In this document: positions 27,956 to 41,559 of the stretch, in pieces
Layout of the letters: the number at the start of each line of letters is the position of its first letter
Position numbering within the stretch: position 1 is the first letter of the stretch
NCBI GenBank assembly: GCA_951406725.2
Contig: OX597820.1
Span: 77,624,001-77,688,000 of the forward strand
DNA length: 64,000 bases
Reading direction: 5' to 3'
From: Octopus vulgaris
Taxonomy: Eukaryota
Program-made: the position numbers and the translations under genes
Notes under the pieces: model-generated
The model's input: the letters and a program-made list of their open reading frames with translations, nothing else
Told to the model about the DNA's origin: nothing
Databases searched by the model: none

Positions 27956-28598
27956 CTGTCTGTCTATCTATCTTTCTATATATCTATGTCTCTGTCTCTC
28001 TCTATCTATCCCTGTTTCTGTCTCTCTTCTCTCTCTCTAATGCAATATGTGGAAACAGGAGTGCCTAAGGGAACCTACTATTCCGATTATCAGAACTACA
28101 ATACACGCGGAAGAAAAGGCATTTATAAAGCATTGTCATGAGCGTCACATTGTTATACTGCATTTGAATCATCGGAATTCTAAACTCTAACATTTCACCC
28201 ATTCAGAAGAACGTAGTAATATTTCGGATTCACTGCCATAAACATAAATCATTGCTTCTGGGATCTCCCAATAGTAAATAATCGTACATAAAATTCACTA
28301 GTAATAATGAAGTCTTCCAAAGGAGCAAACCAGCAACTGTGATTTTTTACCCTTGCTATCAATTAATTCATTCGGGAAACATATATGTTATGGACACAAG
28401 TTTTCTGACTCAAATCCGTTCATTTCCCAGTATGAAAAGACTGCTGTGGATATGTAGTTCTTGTCTTCTGTTTTGTTTTATATTTCCAGGAGTATAAGTA
28501 TTCTCGATGAGATGTTGCATAATGTCAGCCTTTATTTTGTAATTCTGTATCTTCGTGGTTGATGTTAACTATGTGATAACATTATTACAAGCCAATTT

Positions 28599-28950
28599 AA
28601 GGCAGTGACTAGGCAAAAACGTTAGAGCGCCGGGCAAAATGCGTAGCGATACGTTCTGAGTTCAAATTCGGCCGAGGTTGACTTCACCATTCATCCTTTC
28701 GGGGTCGATTAAATAAGTACGTACTGGGCTTGACGTAATAATTCCTTCCCCAAAATATCAGAGCCTTGTGCTTCCAGTAGAAAAGATTATTACAAGCCGC
28801 TTAAGTTGTCGAGTTGGCAGAATCGTTACCATGCCGGGCAAAACACTTAGTGATGTTTCGGCCGTCTGTTCGTTCTCAGTTCAAGTTCTACCGACGTCAA
28901 TTTTTGCTTTTACTCTTTTCTGTGTCGATAAAATGAATACCAGTTAAACA
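28599..28950 (+). mobile_element. Two adjacent family 2 SINEs
   Basis: A/B boxes and tcatcctttcggggtcgat core; attattacaagcc..ttaag precedes both copies. Confidence 0.8.
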
Positions 28951-30177
28951 TTGCTACAAATCTATTGCCTTTGTGTGAATTCTACCTCTGCATTGTTGCT
29001 TCATAATCCTTGACGGTACACTTGCAAATATATTTGAGCAATTTCATTTAATTCAGAAATTAAAAATTGATCTGTGCCTGAAATAACAACGTCAGAAAAG
29101 ATCGGCAGTCAACTGTTTCCTTGTGCTAATTTCGTGCCAAAGAAGCATGCTTTAGAAGCTTTCTACTGTTGCAGATATTTTTTAACACTGCCATAGTGTT
29201 CATCCTGCAATAACCCGGATGATCCGCATATATAGTGGAATATAATTAGTTAAATGAATTTTATTCGGAAGCCTAATCAAAAAGGATCCATTTGGCAAGA
29301 GCCCTTCGCCTGTGGTATTTGTGATGTAAACAATATTTGATTAATATCTGGTAAAGGATGCTGAAATTGTTCGTGGTTGAACTTCTATCGACTTCAAGTT
29401 TATTTCCCGCTTTCGTTAATCAGAATTAGCGATTATGTCGAAACGTCGATAAAAGCAAGGATTTTGCTTCCGATTTTTATCGAATGAGAAGCAGAAAAGA
29501 AGGAAGAGGGAGAAAGAGTAGGAGATACAGAAAGAGAAATTAAAGTGGCTGGAAAGAGAAGATAAAAACTATAAAGAAAATGGCAATAGATAATGCCAAC
29601 GAAAGGAGAAGGAGAGAAATGGTAAGCTTTGAATGAAAAGATAATTTGTTGAATAATAAAACAAAAGCATTTAGCAATATGAAAGAAGCGAAATCGATGG
29701 CGATAGATATATGCAAAAGCTTACAAGTAGAGGAAGCTGGTTATTTACACACAAACACCCAGAAGCAGATATAGCAATATGGCCGTGTGCATGTTTATGT
29801 GTAATGTTTAGTAAATGTAAATAAAGTTTGTTTCTCAAACGGGACAAAGATAAATCTTTTCCGTAAGACTGAAATTATTTTGATTTCATAACTTGCATGA
29901 GTATATCAGGGACTTAGAGATCCGTAACATAACATCTTCCAGACAGCGCTTCAAACAGTCAGGGTATTCTGAGAGATCTATTTTGGGTTTGATATGGAAG
30001 AAACTGAATATTCTAAAAGTAACTTTCATTACATTTGAATAACAATACAGGAACTTCTCCACTTGCTGATATATCCGGTTACGAGGTGAAATGATATTTG
30101 TGTCTATGTACGTATACAATCACAAACACATATACATATAGACATACATGCGTAGACACATACACACACATAGACAA

Positions 30178-30250
<73 letters not shown>

Positions 30251-30762
30251 TGTATGTATGTATGTATGTGTGAATGTATGGATATGTATATACATAAATA
30301 GATTTGCATGTATGTCAGCATGTGTAACAGAGCATGTATACATGTCTTAAAGTCTAAAATTCCCTCTCTGTCTCAAACTCCATCTCTTTCGGTCTTTCGA
30401 TATGGGTGTGTATGTGTGTGCATGTCTGTCTGTGTGTGTGTGTGCACGCGTATGAGCGTAGCTGTTTATACACATTCGTACGTGTGAATGCTTATCTCCA
30501 CTTGTACGTGTTTTTGCGTATGTACCTATGCGCGCAAAGTTGCAAATTGTTTGAATTGTTATCGCTTTGGATATATTCTCTCAGAATGGTTGGTCCGAAA
30601 ATTTGTGTTCAAATTCCGTCGGGGTCTAAACTTTCGTTAGAGTCGGTAAATCAACCAGCAATCCTGTTTTCGTTTTGTTCTTAGGATACTAACTTAGTTC
30701 CGCTTTTTGCCTGACTGCCCACTGCACTGGTTTTCATTCGCCTTTAATTTCGTTCGCATTTA

Positions 30763-30832
<70 letters not shown>

Positions 30833-30918
30833 ATATTTCTGTCTCTATGTCTCTCGCTGTATCTATCTATCTCTTTCAACTCACTTTATCTCTCACTATC
30901 TTTCTCTAAATATATATA

Positions 30919-30974
<56 letters not shown>

Positions 30975-31112
30975 CATATTTATACATATATGCATAAACC
31001 GATATATATATACGTACACACACACACGCACACTCATATATAAATATTTGTGTGCATGTGTGTGAACATAGCATTTGCGTTCGCTCGCGCAGGACGTACG
31101 TACCCGTGTAGC

Positions 31113-31170
<58 letters not shown>

Positions 31171-31274
31171 TGTGTTTGTGTGTGTACACATGTGTGTGTA
31201 TGTATATAAATGTATATATGTGCATGTAGATATGTTCACACATAGATATATATATGTGTGTTTGTGTGTAAGTG

Positions 31275-31380
<106 letters not shown>

Positions 31381-31978
31381 CACAGATACATAGATAGATA
31401 GATTTGTGAGCAAATTGTCCAGATGAATGTATTGAATCCATTTTGTAACACTTGCACAGAACATTGAATTTATACAATGTTCGTATATAAATGTCGGAGC
31501 TGACCAGCTGGTGATAAACGAGCATGGAAAGGGTTGTATTGTTTCGAGACTATCATGAACAACACTGCCTTTTGCTTGGGCAATTAAATTTCTATCGGGT
31601 TAGTCCGCTCAATGGTTGTCGCTCCGTGTGCTGACAGCCCTGTTGATATGACGATTTATTTGTTGGTTAGCAATATCCGTTACTAATGTTCTCTTTGGAA
31701 TACTACCCGCTTAAAGACTGGCATGCTTTTGGTAGGAAATTAAATCTCTTATCCACTAAAAGATAAGAATATTTTGAGAATGTCTACACGTCATGATAGT
31801 TATCTTTGTGATTCGGTTGACATGCATATTTTCATAGGCGTATTATTAATATACAAATGGGGTTTAGATGGGGAAAATGAGCTTTGATATACAAATAGCT
31901 TTCTAAATGGATCAATGTGAAATATGAATGTAGTATCAGAGAAAATAACACTATGGTAAGAGAACTTCTATAATTCCA

Positions 31979-32536
31979 ATAAGGGTGAGTCAAAATATAA
32001 TGCTCTTTTGTTTAGGACAGGTATACTTACCAACACAGGAACATGTATCATACAATAAAATGAAGCTAGTCCTCTGCGGATCACATCCCTACTTCTCAAC
32101 ATAGCAATGTTTCCCTCAATAGCAAAGTTCCACTTTCCAGTGAGAGCGTACATCCCTGCCCCGTAAAATTCTGTTGACTGTTCTTTGAGTCACTTCTTCA
32201 CTACGGTTTTCACTTCCCCGTCACAGGAATAATGTTCACCTCTCGTGGCGCCGAAGAGATGATAGTCTGAAGGCGCTAAATTATTCTAGTGACGAGGAAA
32301 TGAAAACTGTAGTGAAGAAGAGGCTCATAGAACAGTGAACGGAATTTTACGGGGCAGGGATACCTGTTTTCATTGGAAGATGGAACATTGCTATTGAGGG
32401 AAGCGGTGACTAAGTTGAGCAGTAGGGATGTGACTCGTAGAGGACCAGCTTTATTTTGATGTATGATACATGTTCCTGTGTTGGTAATTTTACCTGTCCT
32501 ATACAAAATGGCATTACTTTTTGACTCACTCTCGTA
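31979..32536. mobile_element. Fold-back MITE built from two inverted mariner 3' ends
   Basis: 31979-32235 is the reverse complement of ~32280-32536; arms encode SSDEEMKTVVKK.L.EQ..EFY..GI; end ctcgta. Confidence 0.9.
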
Positions 32537-32685
32537 ACAACAGTAACAATGATTTTGAAAATGCAAGCAGTAGCACAAGATACGTTGATATGGCACTCAG
32601 CTTTACAAATCACAAATGAAAAGTAATGTAGACAATTTTACGACGAAGATGCCAACTGTGATGCTCATATTGATGATAACAATAA

Positions 32686-32835
32686 TCCTTTCAACTATAG
32701 GCACAAGACCTGGAATTCCGGGGAGGAGATAGTCGACCCTAGTACAAAGCTGGTACTTATTTCATCGACGACAAAACAATGAAAGACCACGACAGCATTT
32801 GAACTCAGGATGCAAGGAATGGCGAAATACTGCAA
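32686..32835 (-). mobile_element. Family 2 SINE, degenerate
   Basis: ctggtacttatttcatcgac...tttgaactcag. Confidence 0.65.
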
Positions 32836-33059
32836 AACTGAGCATTTTATCTGATTTAGACAATAAAAACACGTCAGAACAACAGAATTTCCAACGAAAA
32901 AATTGGAAAATGCCTCACAATCCGACATACCTACTCTAAACAAGTTAGGTAGAAATTATGGAATAGTTCAATTTTTTTCAACAAAAATCATACATAATTT
33001 TCTAAAATAAGCTCACCCATCTACAGACACATGCACACATTCATACACACGCACATACT

Positions 33060-33683
33060 TATTCTTTGTAAGCCTAGAACTTATTTTATCGGTCTCCTTT
33101 GCCGAACCACTAATTTGTGTGGACAAAAAAAAATATAGATATATGTTTGTGTATTTCTGATTATCTCCGTCGACCGTCGCTTGACAACCAGTGTTGGTGT
33201 GTTTTTGTCCACATATATATATATATATATATACGACAGGCTTCTTTGCAGCTTCCGTCTACCAAATCCACTCGCAAGGCTCTGCTCGGCTCGCAGCTAC
33301 TGTAGAAGACACTCGCGCCCAAGGTGACACGCAGTGGGTCTCAACCCAGAAATATGTGGTTGAGAAGCAAGCTTCTTACCTCACAGATATGCCTACACAT
33401 TTATACATATGCATTGGTTTGAAATTTTGGCGCAAGACCACCATATATATATAAATATATATATATATGTATGTGTGTGTATGTGTGTGTGTGTGTGCGC
33501 GCGCGCGATGTGTGTGTTTGTGACGGGCTTCTTTCATTTTCCGTCTACCACATCCACTCAAAAGGATTTGGTCGGCCGAGGCCATGGTAGAAACTCCCTC
33601 GCAAGGTGTCATGCAGTGTAACTGAACTAAGATCCATGTGGTTGAGAAGCAAGCGTCTTACCACTCAGCTACGCCTGCGCCTA
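33060..33683 (-). mobile_element. Two family 1 tRNA-derived SINEs
   Basis: Heads ending at ~33395 and ~33682; ccttgggc/gtcttctac and ttggtagacggaa motifs. Confidence 0.75.
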
Positions 33684-34698
33684 TGTATATACACTTTAAA
33701 ATATTCGGTTTCTTTAGTTCTATCATCACATCTACCAATTCCTGCTAGATTTTTCCTTTTTTAAAAAAATTGTGTGTCCCGGTATGGCGTCATTTAGCTA
33801 ATTTGTACTTTTTAAGACATATGTCCATAAGAAGACTTTGCTATTGGTGAAAAACTTACGTTCTAAGAAAGAAAATAAAATAAATGCTGCGATGTCAAAG
33901 AATACTAATACTGCTGTAGTCAGCTTAGATACTAAACAAGCTAAACACTGCTCAGTCTACATTAACTGCTGCGTAGTCTTTAAATGCGATTCAGATGCCA
34001 TCTAATGTACTCAAGTCGTGATAACCTTCTCAAAGTTATTACATGGATAGTTATTGTAGGTGTAAGAGTTTTTCTCTGCTCTCAGCGTCGCGTCCAGTTT
34101 TTAAAGTAGGCCATTCTCAAGTTTCAATGTAACAAGCTAGTTCAGGAATTCGGTGGTTACATTTTTTATTTCTTAAATAATCCATAGTCAACTAAGCATG
34201 CGCCAAATCTCAACCTGAAATACAGAAACGTTAGAGTAGAAATAGTCGAAGGCTTAGTGTATTGCGCATAAGAAAACTTAACTTATAACAGCTCTTCATA
34301 GAATCGCCTAATTCAGTCATTCTCATAAATTTTGTCCTGGTTAGACACATATTAAAAACGTTGTTAGTTACTTATTACGGTTTGAGCCTAAGAAAATAAG
34401 ATAAGATTTGCTATAAGAGATACACATCAGTAGTTTAACAATCTTTTAGATTTCATGGTACGAGTGTAATTAATTCCTATGATATAAAATGCATCAGATG
34501 CATTAGGAAGAATATTGTATTTCAAAAGGGAAAAGCAGAATATTAAAGGATGTATTATAATTAATATCACTGTATTTTCATTTTTAGTATTAAAGGATAA
34601 TAAGAAATAGGTTGTTGTTGATTATATATTCAGCGACACACATGTTAATTCAGGAAATAAATTATATATAACGAATTCATATATGCATATACATACTT

Positions 34699-34791
<93 letters not shown>

Positions 34792-35589
34792 TGTATGTAT
34801 GTATGTATGTATGAATGTATGTATGTATGTATGTATGTATATATGTATGTATGTATGAATGCATGTATATATGTATGCATGTATGCGTATGTATATACTT
34901 AGAAATTCAACACGATCTTGTAACGAATATTTTTTGCTTAATACACTTTTTACTTCACACCACATGTATACATTTGAAATTTGTTTATTTTATTCATCAA
35001 CTATTAGAATGAAATGGCTGAATCTCAACAGCCTATAAAGTTAACAAAAATCAATATTCCTAGCTACTCACATGGTATTTCCACAAAAAAATATGTCCGT
35101 TTTTGTATCCCATCTGAATTATAAAATCTTTCCTTTCCATGCGGACTGAATAATATTATCTGATCTCGTTTTATGAATTTATTTTAAGCTTTCGTTAGTT
35201 TCATTCATGTTTAAATTCAGTGAATTCAACACAAGATACAATGCATAAATTATTGACTTCGGGGATTTATATCTATTAATATTTAGACACTGTTCTACAT
35301 TTCAGTTTATCTCCTGAGGTTTATATCCCATGCTTTAATGCTGAACTAATTGGGTGTAAGACGAGGCCTCCATAATTCATTCATTCTGAATATATTTCAC
35401 CTCAGTACAGAAGAGAGCAGAGCGACTATACTATCTATTATTGTTATCGTGCATACATATGTGTGTGTGTGTGTGTGTGTGTATTTATATATACATATAT
35501 ATTTTTTGTCCAACTAGATACACAAACAATTTCGCATAAAATGAATGATTATTCAATACTTTAAGTAGAGTAGATGTTACGAAACTTAT

Positions 35590-36240
35590 ACAATAGTAAT
35601 TATAGTGACTTAGAAAATTCGATCTCGTAGCTTTCAACAGATTTTACTGCACAATCGCTACTTTTTGCATTATGTAGTCTTTGACAGGTTGCCTCTTTAG
35701 GTGATGCTATATATATTGTCCAATAATTTGAGATCTGGAGAATTAGGAGGCCAAATGTTAGGGGTTATATGGGCATGAAATTTTTCAGTCATCCATTCCT
35801 GTGTTAACAGAGCCACGTGCGAGAGCGCAGAGTGTGACTGAAAGACATCTGGCCTTCCGTTGAATACACTGTCTATCCAGGGCTTAACAATTATTTCAAT
35901 GACTTCAATTAGGCGGCAGAGGCCTTGTGGAAAGAAGTAAAGAGGCATCACTTGTCCTTCATTCTGACAATCCCTAAAACCATGACAGTTGCAGTAAATT
36001 TTCTATGCATAACACTTGGAACTTCAGAAGGGTCTGCACATAACCATCTGTCATTCCTTCTGTTAAATTTTGATCTTGGTCAAAGTTTATCCCGTTTGAG
36101 AAAAGAAGCTTCTTTGTCCTTATAAAGAGCAAAAACCCAGAAACCATTACGCAGATGTTGCTTTGGATGGGTGTGATGGGCTCTTTGTTCGAAAATACAA
36201 AAGACACAGATATTGTGTCATATAGCCTGCTGGAAACGAT
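35590..36240 (-). mobile_element. Tc1/maT-like transposase remnant
   Basis: NFDQDQ.FNRRNDRWL, TVMVLG, MMPLYFFPQGL, WPPNSPDLKLLD. Confidence 0.8.
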
Positions 36241-36391
36241 GTTTGCTGGGGTTAAATAACATTAACTATCGCCCCATGCAGGGCAGCCACATTGTGTCTG
36301 AAAATAGTCTTTAATTTATATATGTGTGTGTGTGCGTGTGAGTGTTTATGTGTGTGTGTTTGTGTGTGTGTGTGTGTGCGTGTGCGAGTGT

Positions 36392-36642
36392 GGAGGCGCG
36401 AGGCTTAGTGGTTAGGGTGTCAGCATCATGATCGTAAGATTGTGGTTTAGGGTCCTGGACCGGGCGACGCATCGTGTTCTTGAGCAAAGCACTTCATTTC
36501 ACGTTGCTCCAGTCCACTCAGCTGGCAAAAATGAGTAACGCTGCGATGGACTGGCAGCCGATCCAGCTGGGGAACACATACGCCATAGAAACCTGGAAAC
36601 CGGGCCCATGAGCCTGGCTAGGCTTTAAAAGGGCGCATTTAT
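36392..36642 (+). mobile_element. Family 3 tRNA-derived SINE (V-SINE-like core)
   Basis: ggcttagtggttag A box; gttcttgagcaaagcactt; gcgatggactggc; similar copy at 61866. Confidence 0.8.
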
Positions 36643-36861
36643 ATAAATAAAATCTTTATATGTAAAATTTACAAATATTATAATAATTATATATATTATT
36701 ATAACAAGAGATTGGCATAATGCCTCTCCATGCGCTGAAAATAGACACCAAATGACGGCAGCAACGCCCTAAGAACTAAAAAAAACACAGGTTGTAGTCG
36801 AGCAAAAAGAAGATAATGAATTAAACTTTTGGTTAAACGTGTACAAGACCTCGTTTCATGC

Positions 36862-37009
36862 TTAAGGTAAAAATTTATACCTACTCCTATCTTCAGAAAC
36901 GCTATTCCGTAGTATAAAATTACAAATATTTACAGATACGTTCAATTGTAAATTTATACTACAGAATAACGGTGCTGAAGATAATAGCAGGTATAAAGTT
37001 TTACCTTAA
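36862..37009. mobile_element. Palindromic MITE with TTAA ends (Kolobok/piggyBac-like)
   Basis: ttaa-ggtaaaa...ttttacc-ttaa with ~65-bp imperfect arms. Confidence 0.8.
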
Positions 37010-37011
37010 GC

Positions 37012-37295
37012 TTCGGCTCAAGATCGAAAGGTCGTGAGTTCAATTCCCTGCGACGCATTGTGTCCTTCAGCAAGATACTTTATTTCACGTTACTCTAGCT
37101 CACGCTGCTGGCAAAAATGAATAGTGCCTGTATTTCAAAGGGCCAGCCATGTCCCACTTTGTGTCACTCTGAATAGCCCTGAGAAGTATGTTAAGAGTAT
37201 TCGTGTCAGCCACATACACGTTAATTTCATGAACATGCTGTTCCGTTGATCGGATCAGCTGGGATCCTCGTCGTCGTAACCGACGGAGAGCTCCA
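37012..37295 (+). mobile_element. tRNA-derived SINE, head-truncated
   Basis: gagttcaattccc B box; gtgtccttcagcaagatact core. Confidence 0.7.
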
Positions 37296-37330
37296 TATTA
37301 TATATATGTATATATATATATATACTTATA

Positions 37331-37404
<74 letters not shown>

Positions 37405-37603
37405 TAGGTGTGTGTGTGTATTTACATAGGAGTTACGGAACGGAGTAGGAAGAATCCGGGTCGCCTATGTATCATAGAGAGCGGAACTTCAGAAGTGGTA
37501 AACTTCAAGTAAGGTGTATACCGTCGGCTACTCTTCAAGCCGTGGATATCTTGAATAGGTTGAATGTTAATTTGTCGCAAGGAAGGTTCAATCCATCAAT
37601 ACT

Positions 37604-37642
<39 letters not shown>

Positions 37643-38384
37643 GCATACATACATATGCGTATGTATGAATGTGTGTTTGTGCATGTATACATATGAGTAT
37701 ATGGTGCTATAATTACATGATTGAATATTGAATTGTATATCCATATGCTGGTACATTTATATATGCGCAAAATATTTCCAGTTATTGAGTGAACATGACA
37801 AGATATGCGTTTGACAGAAATATATTACCATTCTGTAATAGTAAAGGACATGAATTATACGACATTATAATGTTTATGTATGTTGGTCTTAAATGATTAC
37901 AAACCTATTTTGATAGGAAATCAGGAAATCGGCATTTTAAATTTAATCGAATTCAATTAATTGATGCTGATATAAATCAGTAGTTATTTAAGTTTTAATT
38001 TTTGAAAAACAAAACAGTGTGTTGCAAATTGCAGCATATTTCTCTCCGTTCTTTATATCACTTGCTAAATGGAACATAAGCTGTTTAGAATATATTCATG
38101 TCACTGAATCCCGTTGGCTCTCCAGGACAGTTTTAATGAATCTGCTACATAATAATATTCTATTTAGTGTTTTGAGCTCAAGCGTATATTCATTCAAGCT
38201 GTCACTGCACTGCGATGTTGTTTCACGTCATCCATATAATGGATTTTCAGAAAGCAGAAAGCACAGCAAATCCTGCGATGCATTTTTCCCGACAATCTAA
38301 CGATCCTTACCCACAGGGGTTTCAATAGACACAATCATATTCGAAGAGGTTTAAGCAGCTGTTTACAAATGACAAGTTATAGAA

Positions 38385-38745
38385 AGATAATCAATGCCCG
38401 AAATTCTGGGAGAGGGGGCCCGTCGATTACATCCACCTCGGTAGGTAACTGGTACTTATTTAATCGACCCCGAAAGGATGAAAGGTAAAGTTGAGTTCGG
38501 TGGAATTTGAACTCAGAACGTAATGGCAGACGTAATACTTATTTCTTTACTACCAACAAGGGGCTAAACACAGAGGGGACAAACAAGGACAGACAAACCC
38601 ATTAAGTCGATTATATCGACCCCAGTGTGTAACTGGTACTTATTTAATCGACCCCGAAAGGATGAAAGGTAAAGTCGACCTCGGCGGAATTTGAACTCAC
38701 AACGTAAAGACAGACGAAATACCTATCTCTTTACTACACACAAGG
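38385..38745 (-). mobile_element. Head-to-tail family 2 SINE concatemer
   Basis: Two units plus a tail fragment, period ~184 bp. Confidence 0.85.
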
Positions 38746-39725
38746 TGTATTGAGAAGTACTTAACAAAATCAATAATAAAATTAAAACAAGGGAGTTGAT
38801 TAAGATTCATTAGAGTGAACACACGCGCAAACGACGAAATTTATAAGCGGCCCCACGAATGTTACTTCACAGCAAAAACTACCCAAATATTGACGGACTG
38901 GTAGGCATATGCTATTGAGAATTATAGCAAGACCTGAGAGAAAACAGATTTGATCCAAAATGAGTCAGACATTTTTCAATTGAACACCAGAAAACAGCAT
39001 GAAAAGAAATTAATCAACAGAAAAAATGAAACACGTATTACTATTTCGTGACATTCAAGAGGATGAAATATTACAAGAAAAAATAGAACGAGAATATACG
39101 AATAAAAAAAACATCAATAAGAAAGGAAGACAATAGAGAAGCAAAGGAGTAGGATAAATATATCAGGAAAACACATTATTGTGAAACATAAAATATGTTA
39201 GCGAAGAGAAAGGTAGTAAAATATTATATAGATATATTAAGAAGGCTACATCAGTATCAACGTAATTTCTAGTGGGCTAAGAGGGAATAAGAAGAGAGAG
39301 AGAGACATTGAGAACAAATTGAGAAGCAGAAAACATGAGAAGATTAAAAGAAACAATAAATCCGCATGGTCCACCACACCTCGACAAGGTATTGAGGATA
39401 TTAAGGACTGCAAGCAAACAGACCCTGGAATTGGTGAAGGCCAGATTTCTGCTATTCTTCCAGTCTCAGATGATGGATGTGTAGCAACAGATGTGTAATG
39501 ACAATATTGTGTTCACGTGTTGGCAGCGTAGATTCAATACCTGAATATTTACGGGAGAGAAAGTGATTTAATTGATAAAAGCAAACTCACCGGTGATTCT
39601 TATTATTTTTTTACCAGTGATATACAAATATATATTTAACTCCCTATTCTATAACAAGGAATAGACACAACTGGAATATTTTTAGAGAATATTTCTAGAG
39701 AAGTAGGAAACAAAATTAAAGTGAA

Positions 39726-40240
39726 AGGCGGCGAGCTGGCAGAAACGTTAGCACGCCAGGCGAAATGCTTAGCAGTATTTCGTTTGTTTTTATGTTCTGA
39801 GTTCAAACTCAGCCGAGGTCGACTTTGCCTTTCATCCTTTCGGGGTCGATTGAATACGTGCCAGTTACGCACTGGGGTCAATATAATCGACTTAATCCGT
39901 TTGTCTGCCCTGGTTTGTCCTCTCTGTGTTCAGCCCCTTGTGGGTAATAAAGAAATAGGTATTTCAGCTGTCGCTACGTTCTGAGTTCAAATTCCGCCGA
40001 GGTCGACTTTGCCTTTCATCCTTTCGGGGTCGATTAAATAAGTAGCAGTTACGCACTGGGGTTGATATAATCGACTTAATCCGTTTTCTCTGTCATAAAG
40101 AAATATGAAATGTTAGTACGCCGGGCGGAATGCTTAGCAGTATTGCGTCTGTCTTTACGTTGTGAGTTCAAATTCTCCCGACGTCGACTTTGTCTTTCAT
40201 CCTTTGGGTATCGATAAATTTGGATTTCGCGCCTTGTACT
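39726..40240 (+). mobile_element. Head-to-tail family 2 SINE concatemer (3 units)
   Basis: Full head ggcggcgagctggcagaa; repeated gagttcaaa..gtcgactttg core. Confidence 0.9.
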
Positions 40241-41077
40241 AAAGTGATGTAATGCATTGTATGGCCGTATGGAACGGCTACAAGTAAAATTAATTGATAT
40301 AAAATGCAACGTAAAGGCGAAAGCGAATTTTATGATGGCTTCTTTTGCTTTTTTACTAAAACGAATTTGATATACCTCGCTCCCAGTTCATAAAGAAGCT
40401 ACATCGTGCATGTCATCTCAAAAAGGAAAACAAACGTATCATTTTAAGGCAAACAGACGATGAGCGAAATATATTTTCACACAGTTTCGCCATTATTCAC
40501 AAATCTTTCTGGTATAACATAAACAAATATTTTATAATCATTATCTGCTATCAATATAGAATATGACGTTTAAATATATCTACGGCGAAAGAAGGAATTA
40601 ACAAAGCTACTAACACAATGCATGAATCCACCGGAAACATAGTAATGAGATAGGATTAGCAGATGCCCAATATATCAATATTGGGGTTGCAAAATGTTGT
40701 AGTGATCGCAGTATCAGAAAATTTAAACAGCAACACTAATGCAGGAACTTATTAGATGAAAGCCAGAGAAATTAAAGGTAATAAAATTATAAAATCAAAC
40801 TACTGTAGAAACAGTTGACAAATATTGAAACAATATATTCAATGTTCGAAATAAGATGTGAATACACTACATAGACTAGGTGTCAAAAGCCTAAATGCAC
40901 TAGATTTAGTGTGAAAACACTGAACACAGTAAATAAGCCGCTTATATACAACAAACTCCACGTTTGTGATTAATGGAAAGTAGGGCAGGATATAAGCCAG
41001 AGAAATTAAACGGACATTTGTATCAATGTCCCAGGCTACAACACCAAATATTGTAAAAATATAGATAGCTAGCTAGC

Positions 41078-41143
<66 letters not shown>

Positions 41144-41559
41144 CGAGTACACACACTCACAAAATACACGCACAAGCATATCCACACCCACACATATATG
41201 TAGCAATCAAATACAAAATATCTAAAGCTACAACACAGTCCAAAGGGCTTTCAAAGAAAGTTTTACGCTCAAAGAAAAGATTTGTAAATTGTAAGTTATC
41301 GACGAAAGATGTCGAACACAGTCCTGCGTTGGAGACTAAATCAAAGATTGGGGAGAGACAGGGAAGAGTAGCAAGAACAAAGGGGAGAAGAGAGCCATGC
41401 GTAAACCCACCTGGCTTGTGAATATATGCGTGAGTACGCGCATGTGTTTGAGGATGGATGCACGATATTAAGTGAGAGAAATTGAGGTTTTTGTGGGTAA
41501 AGAATGAAACACGTATGTCTGAAGGTATGAGTCTGTGTGTATGCAAGTTGATATGTGTC

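Noticed and set aside
28432-28497. Signal-peptide-like mini ORF MKRLLWICSSCLLFCFIFPGV
   Set aside because: Only 21 codons, weak donor, no linked downstream exon
31500-34230. Further hydrophobic exon-like frames (31610-31730 plus, 34100-34214 minus)
   Set aside because: AT-rich DNA translates hydrophobic by chance; no consistent splice-phase set
40760-41010. 17-bp direct repeat aagccagagaaattaaa
   Set aside because: Could be a target-site duplication, but no recognisable element lies between the copies
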